A stretch of DNA of 64,000 bases from assembly GCA_964304625.1 (NCBI GenBank), contig OZ199838.1, forward strand, positions 9,699,245-9,763,244, written 5' to 3'. Each line of letters starts with the position of its first letter. Positions within the stretch are counted from its first letter, which is position 1. The notes beneath the pieces are model-generated. The model ran no database searches. It was not told where the DNA came from and saw only the letters and a list, made by a program, of their open reading frames with translations. Made by a program: the position numbers and the translations under genes. This stretch comes from Kudoa neothunni (taxonomy: Eukaryota > Animalia > Cnidaria). Below are positions 12,759-25,100 of this stretch, piece after piece.

Positions 12759-13247
12759 GCGGAATGTATGGAATAGTGGTGTTAGGTCAGGCTCGTATGC
12801 CTTGAGGTTGCGAGTTCGAGGCCTAGTCCGAACGTTCCTGTACTCCCTATCCGAAATTAAATAGGAAGGCTGTAGTAATCGCAAGTATCTACGATTTACC
12901 GTGGTCTTGCTTGCGGCTGGAAGGGTAGCCTCACGGAAGGGTAAAACTCGGCGCTCATAAACGCCAGGGTACAGGAATAAAATACAACCCAGTAGGGGGT
13001 TTCCGTAGGGACGACGCCCGCATTCAGACGACTTTCCCAGACTAATTCTGAGTTAGTCCAGGATATGGTTGGGTGATGGTTGCTCCGAAACAAGGATGTT
13101 TAGTGGGTTAAAATCCCACATTACAGCATAAACGTAAGTCGTCTTAATATGGCGCTGTGATGCTTAAAGCGTAAATGGGGAAGGCCTAATCAGCCCCAAA
13201 TTCACAACCTAATAAGTGGCACCAGGGGTTTGACCTTGTAAAGAAAA
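12759..13247 (+). mobile_element. tRNA-derived SINE-like element with a highly structured body
   Basis: GC-rich island. tRNA-like head with A-box-like TAGTGG, an anticodon-like arm CAGGCTCGTATGCCTT and B-box GAGTTCGAG. Multiple internal helices and an A-rich end. No TSD or second copy seen in the window. Confidence 0.6.
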
Positions 13248-16200
13248 GCAACTCATACACACGTTGATCTGCTGCGTCTCGGTCCTTTCCTTTCCGCATT
13301 GATCTTCGTTTAGCTAGAAGCAATTGACTTTCAAATGCCTGTTTAATTTGAGTCTTTTTCCTAAAATGGCATTTAAAGTTGAAATATAACCTATTTTGAA
13401 GTGTGTTATACTTTCCGCCTTATATTTAAAGGTGATAAACTATCATAATATTTAATTATATCATATTTCTCTTAAAGCATTATGAATTTGTGAATTCTTT
13501 TTTCGGGTATTTAGAAATAATTACGAATTATTGGTAATTACACAATTTTTAAACTTTTTATTTCATAAAATATAGAAATAATTCATATTTAAGAAGCGCT
13601 AATGCCCAGCTTTTCCTGGTAGTGTGTGATGGAAAATTTTAACTTTTACTTTTATTTTTGAATGGAGAAATTCTTTGTACGATTTAATCTAAATAGCATG
13701 ATAAAACCTTAAAATTTTATTTTTGTATTTTAATTGTTGCATTTTAAAACTTGCCATTATTTTTGAAAAGTGATGATTTAGATAAAAAATGATGCGTACA
13801 TGTTCTATTCAAATATAAATAGTAGTATTGACGGAAATTAATGATTATTTTTAAGTTTATTTTACAAATTATTGACCAAAAATACAAATACCTTAATTTT
13901 ATGAGAATTTTAATTAACTTAATAGGACTTTCAGATCTTTTCAAAATTTAGCGATAAAAATTAACCCTTCTAGTTATAAAATTTATTATTAGTCTACAAA
14001 CGATAAAAAGAATAAAATAGACTTAAAATGCGTCAGAAATAAAAATATTAATTGTTCCGTCTTTTTTGGAATTATATAAAGGATGTTAATGAGGTTTTAA
14101 TAAGCTGTTCACGGTAACCTACGTACTCACAATTTTAATATAATTTCCCGATTTTCAAATAAATACAACCTTTTTTAACAAAAATATAAAAATTTAATTA
14201 TCAATATACGATTAAATCTAAGGTGTAAAGGTGTTTTCGGTTCGAAAAATTATAATAATGCTTAAATATCAATTGGTTTTCTCGAAGGAGTGCACACCCT
14301 TTTAAAAATAAACGTACTGTTTGATTTCCCCAAAAAATTTCTCTGTATTGAACTATTCTTAGAGTAACAAAAACTTTGTGAATATATTGGTTTGATCGAA
14401 TAGACCAATAATTTCTTATTAACTTACATGACACGTATTGAGAGTGGACTGTATTTTGTGTCATAGTAGTCGCGAATATAAATTCTTAAACTACGTATAG
14501 AATGCGGCGTCGCATATTTTCATGCAGCTCTTGTATCATAATGAATTAGTTTTAACGAAAACAAAATTATATGTTGATTTGAATATTAACCTTAAGGTCT
14601 GGAGGTAAGGAATAATTAGGTTACCAAGAACTTAAACATTATTTAAAAAATTGTCTCATCAAATATAGAAACTCATTGAATTAGTAATGCCAGCTATTTT
14701 TCATGAAAGTTTAGGAAAACCAAAAAATGAGTAAATACTTATCGAAAGACGAAAATAGTTTAAATCTCAATCGATATGTTTGATAAAAGAAATTTTCATT
14801 TGAGATGCTTTCACAAAAATTGTATTATTTGAAAAGTTTACACACATCCTACATCGTTTTTAGAATGCGTATAGAGACCCAAATTATTTCAACATGGCAA
14901 CAACTTTAATATCTAATTATGTGTTTTATTTAAAATGATTATAAATTCTTTCGCTTAACTATATCCATAACGCTTGAAAACTGGAAATTCATCATAAAGA
15001 ATTTGATTATTCTTCAAATTTTAAGGGAAATGCAACAACTCTTGTAAATGTGATGTTAATAGTTTTATTTATCTTAAAATTACTCCGAACAGGCATATGC
15101 AAAATTTTTAGAATATTCTACACCATAATCTACAGATTCTCTTTGTATATGGTGAGTGAAAGTTCGCTTAATTGACTATCACTCCAAAGTAAACAAATAT
15201 TAAATACTATAGAGTCAACAACGATTATTGCACACTTTTTGGGGGAATGGCAAAAAGGTACGCAATATCCATCTAATCACACGCGCATGCAATATAAAGC
15301 TCAATTATTTTCTTTAAAGCAAACTAATTAACATTTATTTGTTGGAAAAATTGTTATAAAAATACATTTCTAGGTATATTTTACAATTTTAAATATCCTA
15401 TTTATCAATGGGTAGAAATCACTCAATCCATTTGGGTCTTAAGTTAAATGTTCAGCGTATTTCTGTGATAGCATTCTTCAGTTCCTCCGCGTTTAGTATA
15501 TACGTCAGGTGGTCATTTTCATTGTGATTTTCACCATATTGAGAATTTTTGTTTCAAAGAGATGGATTGTTCTTATAAGAATTAAAACCAGATTCTATAA
15601 TTTCACGTGTTATGCATGATCTAACTGATTAATACTGATACAACCACCTTGTTGGATTTATTAAAACTTAAAAGTTGAGAATTAAAAATAATCTTCTGTG
15701 TCTAGAATGGTGTTTTTTCCGAATTAATTACGATAAATTTTTCTTTTAAATCTAATTTTTGGAATTAAATTATAAACAGATTTGGATTTACGAGGGTTCG
15801 GTTGGGGAAGAAAAAGCAAATGATCTACGTAAGAATCCCGATATATATGGGTGAGCGCGTGTTAAGAATGAAGTTGTTATTTTACGTTTAATTTAATTTT
15901 GAAATTTTGTGATTTCATCTTATATAATCGTTTATCTTCATATTTATCTTGATGTTTTTAACAATGATGCAATTAGATTCTATTACAGTTGAAGAACGTA
16001 TTAAAATATTTGTATAAAAAACGGGTTTAAAAATGTTAATTTTTAATTGTGACAAAAACATGATAATTAAATCTAAAACATTCAATTTTTTCCAATATAT
16101 TATTCGCTATTAATACTTATCATTTATAATTACACTATTAAAATTTTTACGATTAAACATCATTTTGAATAATCATTAAAGATATTTTAGTTTATAAATT

Positions 16201-18048
16201 TTTTTAGCGGGGAATCCTGCTGAATTTTAAAGGTATTTAATTAATAATGGAGGATAGTTAACATCGGATTTTTTTGAACCTTTTTCCCCACATAATGATA
16301 ATACAGATTTATATGTCATTTATAATAAAAAATGTAACATCTATAACAAAATTATTAAAAAAATGGTTAACATAATTATTTGACTTTTTCTCTTTAATTA
16401 TTTATAATTCAATTAATTGATGAAAACCTTATTCTCAAAGATAAATTTTATGTTACATAAAATTAAAATATTATAGATTTCAGAAATAATAACAAAATCT
16501 TTCGCCTCCGATAATAATTTTCATCTTGTTATATGTAAAGATTCGTTTAGACAGAAAAAACATCCATATAACGCTAATGCGCATTGTTTGGAGAATTTAA
16601 AATGGAACGAAATAAAAATTCTGCTCCTTATAACAGTTAGATTGCGCACACATCAAACAAAATTTAGTGATGTTTCGAGATTAATGTAGTGTATGATTAT
16701 TTTCAAACATGTTATATTTGCTAATTATTTGTTTATTACATCATTTTAATATTTCACATAAGATTTAACAAATGAGTTAATCCATTGGAACCATTATATA
16801 CGTTTCTCACGAATTTTAGAGATAGATATTTTAGTTTATTATTAATCAATAATTATTGATTTTAATTTATTCATTAAACCGAAAGAAAGTAATATTTAAT
16901 TATTTTATTATAATGGATTGTCGTTGGTCTGATTCCTCCAAGATTCTATCGGATCATGTATATTTGATTTATCATCAATTTGATCACTGATATTAGGCTC
17001 TCAGGGATAATGTATAAAAGAAATCAATTTTTATTCGGTAATTGAGTCCTCAGTTTTTTATAGAAAATATTTAAATGCCATCCACATTGTTCTCATTATC
17101 CATTTGTCGTAGTTACATTATTTACATTAAATATAATAGGAATACTTTATACCTTGTTTTTAAAATTTTTGTATATTTGATCAACAATTAAAACTCCACT
17201 ATAATGAAGAAATTGATTCCGTATGTTTATTACGTATTTTATGAAAAATATTAGAGTTAATTTAACCCTAAAACAATCTAATAATGAAAGTGTACAAAAC
17301 ATCTTATCTTTATAGTTATTTGATTTATATACAATGACCACACGTATAGTTTATAACCGATGAAAACACTCAAATTCAAAGAACAACATACAATCCTGAA
17401 ATAAAACCAAGATACTAATAAATTTATGCACGCAGATAAAACTCATAATTATAAAATATTCCCACTTTTCCGCATTGACTATTAGATCAACTTTTGTTGT
17501 TTAATGAATTAACCCTGAATCATTTTTATTAATATAAAAATAGATAAGCGTTGACATCAGCGTTTAATTTCATTCTACTTCTTCAAAACAAAAATCTTCA
17601 AATAATGAATGACAATACATTTCGATTTTAAGATGTTAAATTTCATGGTGACTAAAATTAATGTGTAATATCCATTTTCTAGTATTTGTAACAAAAATTT
17701 CTTATATAAATAATCCAAAATGTTTCCTTAATAGCTTAAAAGACTTATGAGATAGAACTGTACGTTGTAAAACGATAAAATAATGACACACAACGAAAAG
17801 TGAGCAATATCCGCTGTTGACTGTACAAGTACTTTTTAATCTGCTATTTGAGAAAACAACTAGAAAATTCCTTACTTCTGACTGCGGTATTGATTATATT
17901 TATACTTCCAAGTAAATGCACGATTTTTATTAATGATATCATCTATTAAAATGTAAACTAAAAAGCTGTATTTAAAAAAAGTTCTTCCATAGGATATGTG
18001 TACTGTTACAAACACACACACACTGACAGACGTAAGAACTTTACATAT

Positions 18049-19073
18049 CAGGGATGGCCAGACATGCCTAGATCGGAAGCCAACATTAAGGTTGACCAGA
18101 TTTTCAAGAGCCACAAGACATTATAAACATTTATGTACCACTTCCTTATTTAAAACTTACATTATTTTAGTATTTTTGGAAAATACTAAAATAAAATGTG
18201 GTAGAATTATAAATAACGTGTTTTTAATTTTTTCTTATTCAGTGAATCGTTAAAACACTTACATATAATTTTTATAGGTTTAATTTATCATAGTTTTCCA
18301 AAAAAGTAAATTAGTAGTTAATGATCCTAGAAACTTTTTATCTATGATAAAGGTTGCAAAAATAATAAAATATTTTTTGTATTTAATCATGTATGATAGT
18401 CTGACAAAAAAATAAAATAAAATATACACGAATAAAGTAACAACATAAAGATTTAATTCTTTCGAAATATTTTTTTTAGAAATTGTTTCCAATGTTACAA
18501 GTTTTTTATGTTTCCACATTACGAGTGACTTGATGGTACTCCGGTTCGTATGCTGTTAACGCAGTAGGAATTAGTTCTGTTAGGTGTTCGTTTGTTCGGA
18601 AGGAATCCGGGATGATTCTATTTTACAAACTTCATCATTGAATAAATAGACTCACAACAATAAGTTTTTCAAAAGATAGAAGGAAATTAGAGACAAATTT
18701 CTTTTCATTTTGAATATTTAGTTTTTAGAACGTATTTCCACAATTCGCTTGGTGAGTTGGAATTATGAATCATGTTTAAAACTTTAATGAATGTTTTATT
18801 CTTCTAATATCAATCACTTTGATAATGGATAAACATTGATTCTAATTGTATTTCCTAATAAAACTAGTAATAATTCTAATTTGCATCAAATGTCAAAGTT
18901 ATATGGTAGTTTTTAACCTTGTTTTCTAATCAAAAATATTTTCTAGTTTATGATTAAAGATTTCATCTTTTCATTTGATTAAACAGTTTGAACTTAGTAA
19001 TTTTCTGAAGTAAACAACTTTTTTTCAAGAGCCACAACATAACTTTCAAAAAGCCATATTTTGGCCACCCCTG
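18049..19073. mobile_element. hAT-like MITE
   Basis: TIRs CAGGGATGGCCA / TGGCCACCCCTG; subterminal repeats TTTTCAAGAGCCACAA near both ends. Confidence 0.6.
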
Positions 19074-19078
19074 ATATA

Positions 19079-20358
19079 CAGTGACTTATGGGGGTCGTAC
19101 GTAATATAGCGATAAAACATAAATTAATGAATACATGGAAAATTTAATTGTCACTCTGTAAACTTTATAATAAAAATTACATATTTCCTCGATTTGACAT
19201 TAGAAAAATAAAATATCAATAGTTTTTATATATTTTATGGCTCGCGCGTAATGATTTTTTTTCATAAATATGAAGATTATGGCTTGTGCGTCAACACGTG
19301 GTAAAAAAATTCCAGCTCTATCCCTAAAGCTGAAATCATAAAATATTATCAAAAAGTAACAAATAAATCAAACGCTAAATTTGAAATAATGAAGATCTTC
19401 GATTTACCAATAAGATCTGCCGCGAATATCATTATACCTATGTAGACTGGTTGGTTTAACATTATAAAGATTGTTTAATTAAAAAGTAATAAAAACTCTC
19501 AAAGGGGGTAAATATGGATTTTGATCGACATGTGGACGAGTGCATTGTATTGATGAGAACAAAAATAGTAAATTCTCAATGTGTTTTTGTTAGAGTTTCT
19601 AAAAAGCGTGATGCATTTCACCCCATATCACGCACATGATGTGGCAAGCTTAGGAACCCTAGTTTCTACCAGATTTTTTTGTACATATGAATCCAATGAA
19701 TTTTTTCCCTTAACGTTAAAAACATAAACATTATGATTTATAAATAAAATTTCTGAATTCATTATATTTGTTCTTTATTATATTATGAGCTGTTAAGAGA
19801 TGTTTGTTTATATCACCAGTTGATCGCTTATCGATCATATCTTTAAAAATTCTTTTAACCCCCCATGAATTGCACTTGGTCCTTCGATCTTCATTTGTTT
19901 CTTTGAAAAATAACCAATATTGCAAACATTTGTTATGAAACTTTAATAAACTTATATAATAGAACTCAAATTCCCCTTTAAACAAAAAAGTACTGATAAA
20001 ATTCTAAGGATGCGTTACAAAAATGCGTGATGCATTTCACGCGCGTGACGTGACACGCGTAGAAACTCTAGTTTTTAGTATTAAAGCTAATGAATAACTC
20101 AAAATCAGCATCTGTATTTATTAACTGGTTTATGATTTAATAAAAAGATTTCACATTTCGCATACCACATTTTTTGTGAATCTTCAAATTTTAAATCGTG
20201 TTCCATTAAAAATTAATTCGAATATTAAATTAAATAAGTACGCTAGTTGGTCAAAATATAATTTAATTTGTTTACTTTCGCATGCGCAAAGTTACGTATC
20301 GTGCCGTGCGTAATGGTTTTGATTTCCCTTTTGATTACGCACGACCCATACGTCACTG
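19079..20358. mobile_element. Tc1/mariner-pogo (Tigger-type) MITE, TA-flanked
   Basis: TA|CAGTGACTTATGGGGGTCGTACGTAAT ... ATTACGCACGACCCATACGTCACTG|TA. The same TIR type occurs at the transposase remnant ending at 25935. Confidence 0.75.
19591..20070. mobile_element. Small hAT-like MITE nested in the Tigger-type MITE
   Basis: Perfect 11-bp TIR TAGAGTTTCTA / TAGAAACTCTA; flanks GTTTTTGT / GTTTTTAG (6/8 match); repeated GCGTGATGCATTTCAC subterminal motif. Confidence 0.6.
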
Positions 20359-20718
20359 TATATAGTAGATAGATTAAGAACTCATAATAAATGTTATTTG
20401 ATGAATTCAACTGGACGGATAAAGTTTTAAGGAAAGTTACGAATTATCGGTCACCAACTGTAAAATTTACGATGTAAACAGTTTTTGTCAAAAAACTACG
20501 TTAAACTAATAAATCACATAATTTTAATTTTGTCTACTATCTTTCTCAATTCAATTGCGATTGACTTAAAATTCACAAATTAAAATAAAACTACTTCTTA
20601 TTTAATATTGATAAAACTTTTCTTTATCAAACAGCGTGGAAGAATTTGTTTTGCATAAACTAGTTAACTGCCTACGACCATCGTTACATTAACTCGCGTG
20701 CGCAAACAACATCGCCTC

Positions 20719-21455
20719 CAGGGCTTGGGTTTTTGGGGGAGTTTTTTCGGTAAATTCAAAATCTTGGGTTTTTATTGAAAACCCGTAAACATTAAAGAAT
20801 AACATAATTTTTTATATGCGGCATTAATATTTATATTTTTAATGACGTATCCTATTCAGATTATATCATGCAGAAGTGTTTCCTAATTAAAATTGGACTC
20901 GCACACACATTTGATGACAAAACAAAGTTCGCACCCGCTTGAATACGATAAGGCGTGGTTGGCTCAAAATTTCTCAACAATTATTTTCTGCTGTGATCGA
21001 ATCTCACACCCTCAAGTCCATAGTTCACATCCATTGGGGTGTCGGAACCCTCTGTAGGAAACCGCCGTCATGCAGGGTTTTAACGTTTGCGATATTTAAC
21101 GACAGCACATTAGATTGTTTAACATGATTACATAATTACTCAGCAATCATTGTCGCACATTATTATAAAATTTAAACGTTATTTCAAAATATATTTTGAA
21201 CCATGAAGTAATAAATTGCGAGTGTATTGATCTACATTAAACATTAAGTATGAGTTAATGTTCCTGCCAAAACGTTGCAATCATACGACGATAAATTTAA
21301 ATTTTATGTCTGAAGACGTTATTGTTGATCGGAAGAAGGTTAAAAACTTTCATAGATACGATTCTATTTTTTTTGTACTTTAAAATAGTGTTTTTCTCGA
21401 TCTAGGGTTTTTTGACCGTCCATCCTTGGTTTTTTAAACTCCGCTGGCAGCCCCG
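20719..21455. mobile_element. hAT MITE family 2, copy 1 (carries a nested 194-bp insertion at 20874-21067)
   Basis: Perfect 8-bp TSD ATCGCCTC (20711-18 and 21456-63); colinear with 39262-39821. The nested insert has its own 8-bp TSD TCATGCAG. Confidence 0.85.
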
Positions 21456-22168
21456 ATCGCCTCGCCTATGCTTTGCTTTGGTATTAGCTACACGTTGGAT
21501 ATTAGAAAAACTATGCCTAACATTCTATAATACATCATTCTTGAGATTTAAATGAACAAAGAAAAATTCTCTTAAATAAACAAATGTGGTATTTACGTTA
21601 ATTTTCAACAAGAACATTCCATTTTATTTATTCCCATGATTTTACAACAAAACATGTATAATAGACCGATCGTATCAAGAACACACTCGTTAAACTCAGG
21701 ATAAAGATAAGCATCAGGCTGACAGCCTACATTGTTACCACATTTGTCAACCTACACAGTCTTTGTGATGTGATTTAATAAAAAACTTGCATATAGACTA
21801 ACTTTAACAACAGTTTCACTATGGCTCAACATCAGAAATTCTTACTAAATCGATAGCTCGCTAATATTCGTTATTCTACTTTCAGAAGTTTATTCTGGGT
21901 GGATTTTTTAATCCACGAATAAAAGCTCCATAATACGTCTAGGCGAGTAAATCACAACTTACGACGTTTAAAGTGGTAACTGCGAAGAAATAATAGGGGT
22001 TTACGAGTGGAGGAACGAGCGCTCACTTCATTGAATTGGCACCTTGACGCAGGCGCATAGTTATACAGAGTGAAATTGGTCTTGTGAGTTAGAAAGGGTT
22101 CTGTACAGCGTGTAAATATTGTTCTACGAATATAAAAAGAAGTTTTGGCATCAGAACAATAACTGAAA

Positions 22169-25100
22169 ATGCCAAACAAAAATTCAAAGTAGTTTTAGTA
22201 TAGCTGCTGAGATGGCTACCATTATGTCAGTATCTCGGTATCAGCGCCATTGTTATCAATACTTCGTAAATCACCAGTCGTGTTTCTATTATTAATGGTC
22301 TCAATTGATACACATTTATTGTCTAATGGCCTAGCTTTTATCATACAGCTAAACGGGTATCGATGGTGTTACATGAATTTAGAGTTTCGTCTCCTAGCCA
22401 AAAACCACCTCAAAATACATCCAGATCAGCTTCAATAAGTACTTCCAACGCATCATCTAGTGGTTACAACCCCTATTCAACTCCTAGGAGGTAATTTTAT
22501 TCGAAATGAGTCCTATTCTGCTACATTCTAATCACTTTTCTGATTAGAAATAGTGAGATTTCTAGTTCTTTACAAAAAAGCGCCTCATTAACTGCATCTA
22601 CTGCTACTGTTGGTGTCGGCCCACGTACTGCTGACAATCATTTTTTGGCATCGCCATCGTCTCCTACCGCCCCAACTGCAACTTCGTACCATGTTAACAA
22701 ATTGAAAACCAATCAACCCAATCAAAAAGTAATACTGAATTGATCTATTTGGTTTGATGGTGTAATTTTGGGATATATGTAGGCATTACCATTGTTGAAT
22801 CGGCCCATAACAACAAATCAATTTACTTCGGCTACCGTAAATAGTCTAACAACTTTTGGATCAGAAGGTGAGTTTTTGAGGCGGAATGATAACAATTTAA
22901 TCCACTCATTTTTATTACGCAATTAATTTCTCGGTTGATTACATAAACACGTTTTAAGTAAAATAGAAAAATTGTTAGATTCGTGTGTTTGTGTAGTTGA
23001 GCTTTGTTAGTTGTGTTTACGTTTACTTGTAGTAATTATTAATTTCATTTTTTAGAAAAATTCGCATATATGGTCAATAACGAAGAGTTTCCAGCATTAA
23101 ATGACTCCAGCACTGCCGCTTCCGCAGTTCACTCTGAAATTAACGCCACAAATTCGCTTCTCAATAACGCAAATGTTTTGGGCGACTATGAAGCCCCATT
23201 ATATGATGGATTTTATGTGAATAGAGGCATCCATATTTCCTCCAAAGGGACTTTTACTGAAGATGAATCCGTCAGGACTATCGACTTCACTCGTTATTAC
23301 ACTCTATCCAGCACTGAACTTCCCGCCGCGAATGCTACTGCTTTGGAAGCTGCTATTACAAATTTGACTCCAAACGAACCTAAAACCACAGAGAATAAAC
23401 CAAAAAACCCGGAGAGATTTATAAAATCCTTAAAAAAGTAAATCCACGTATTTTTAGCTACCTTTTTGTTAAGACGATAGTTAACCTAAAACATTCTCTT
23501 GTAAAAGTCCTATTTTTAATTTAATATATACTAAATACATTTAATAATTTCAACCTGTAACTTTACATCGAAATAGTAAAATCTACACATAATTAAATAC
23601 AATTAATTTTACATCAAAATGGCAAAATCTAAGAGTTAGTAAAATACAGTGCGAATTGTAAAATTAAATTTTGCAAGTTGAGTATGAATAATAATTAATT
23701 TTGTTTTAAAACATGCACATGTACAGTCGAACCTCGATTATCCGGAAAATTTGGGACCAGCGTTTTTCTTTCCGGATAGCGAAGTTCCGGTTAATCGAGC
23801 ATAATCAATGTCACAAGCTTTCGCGTTTTTAAAAAATCTTTTACTTAAAGGATTGTTCACTCGATTTATAAACAATTTTTACTATTTATTAAGTAGAATA
23901 TTTTAATTTCTGCCATTTAAATTGAAAATGTTGGCATATCTATTAATTATGAATATGGAGACTTAAAGGAATAACCATACATACTTATGGGAGAAAAACA
24001 CGTCTACAGAGGAGTAACTTACTTTTTTAAATTTACAGTAATTAATTTTTGTTGAATATGCGTACAGACATATGTTCAGATATAGTACAAATTTATATGA
24101 GTTGAATGCATAACTTGAGTTTTACAAGAATTTATAAATATTTAACCTAGAAATATTTTTGTTTCTAATATTGCATTGGTATATAAGTTTCATGATATAT
24201 GTCGTCCGATGATGGGTGGTACTTTTATCCGGAAATATAATTAAATAGTTCTTCCGGTTTCCGGGAAATCGAACATTTATCGACACGTAATTTCAATAAA
24301 ATCCAAATGAAATTTAAAATATCTTCCGGTTAGCGCGATTTCCGGTTAATCGAGGTTCGACAGTACTTAAATATGTGGTTATGATTGGCTCTGAATATAA
24401 TTCCTAAAGAGAAAGCACCTAAGGAGTCTATGATTTTATCTTAGAATAACAATTTACATTTAATTATTAATAGTTACGATTGTTGAATAACGTGACCGAA
24501 AAATTGGATGAAACCTATAAAATGGAATGATAATATTTTTAGCATTATTTTGATTTACTTTGGAGTTAATTATTTATCTACTCTATTTGTCTAATTATCT
24601 TACGAACTTTTGGCCATTCCTTTATTTTTTGGACAAAATAATTTAAGTTGCAGTAGTGTATAGATGTAACGCATAAATTGGGTAGATGAAAACCACTGCG
24701 TTGCATCCATTTTTGCGCCGGACGCATTCGAATAGCACTTGCGTTAAGGCAAAAATACCAGTTTTCCATCGATAATATAACCAATAATAAATTTATTTGA
24801 AGCAAACGTTAACTTTTATACCTATTTTTATTAAAATACCGTTCATTAGTTGTTGTTCTGGCAAAACTGTTCAAAAATTGAATCAGCCATTTCAGGTCCG
24901 ATTTATATTCTCAAGCATTGACAAAATTTTATTTAGAAAGGGGTTTATAAATTTTGTCGATTACGATAGTTCCTCTTGGTTTGATATAACAATTTTATCA
25001 ATATAATTAGAATCGTCAACATCAGGGAAATCTGGTATTGTCAAAATTTCAGGTGTCGACTGTGTCGCTTTCAATAGTTTCTTTAACAGTATTTGTTAAT

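Noticed and set aside
12759-12830. Functional tRNA gene
   Set aside because: Acceptor, D and T stems have mismatches, there is no poly-T terminator, and it runs into a 400-bp body. It is better explained as a SINE head.
13020-13062. Group I intron core (TTCAGACGACT, GACTA...TAGTCC)
   Set aside because: GACTA and TAGTC form a tight local hairpin, and the P/Q/S elements and spacing of a group I core are missing.
13300-18000. Short ORFs from the track in this AT-rich region
   Set aside because: Low-complexity I/K/F/N/Y composition, no motifs and no coherent splice structure. Probably old TE debris that I cannot classify.
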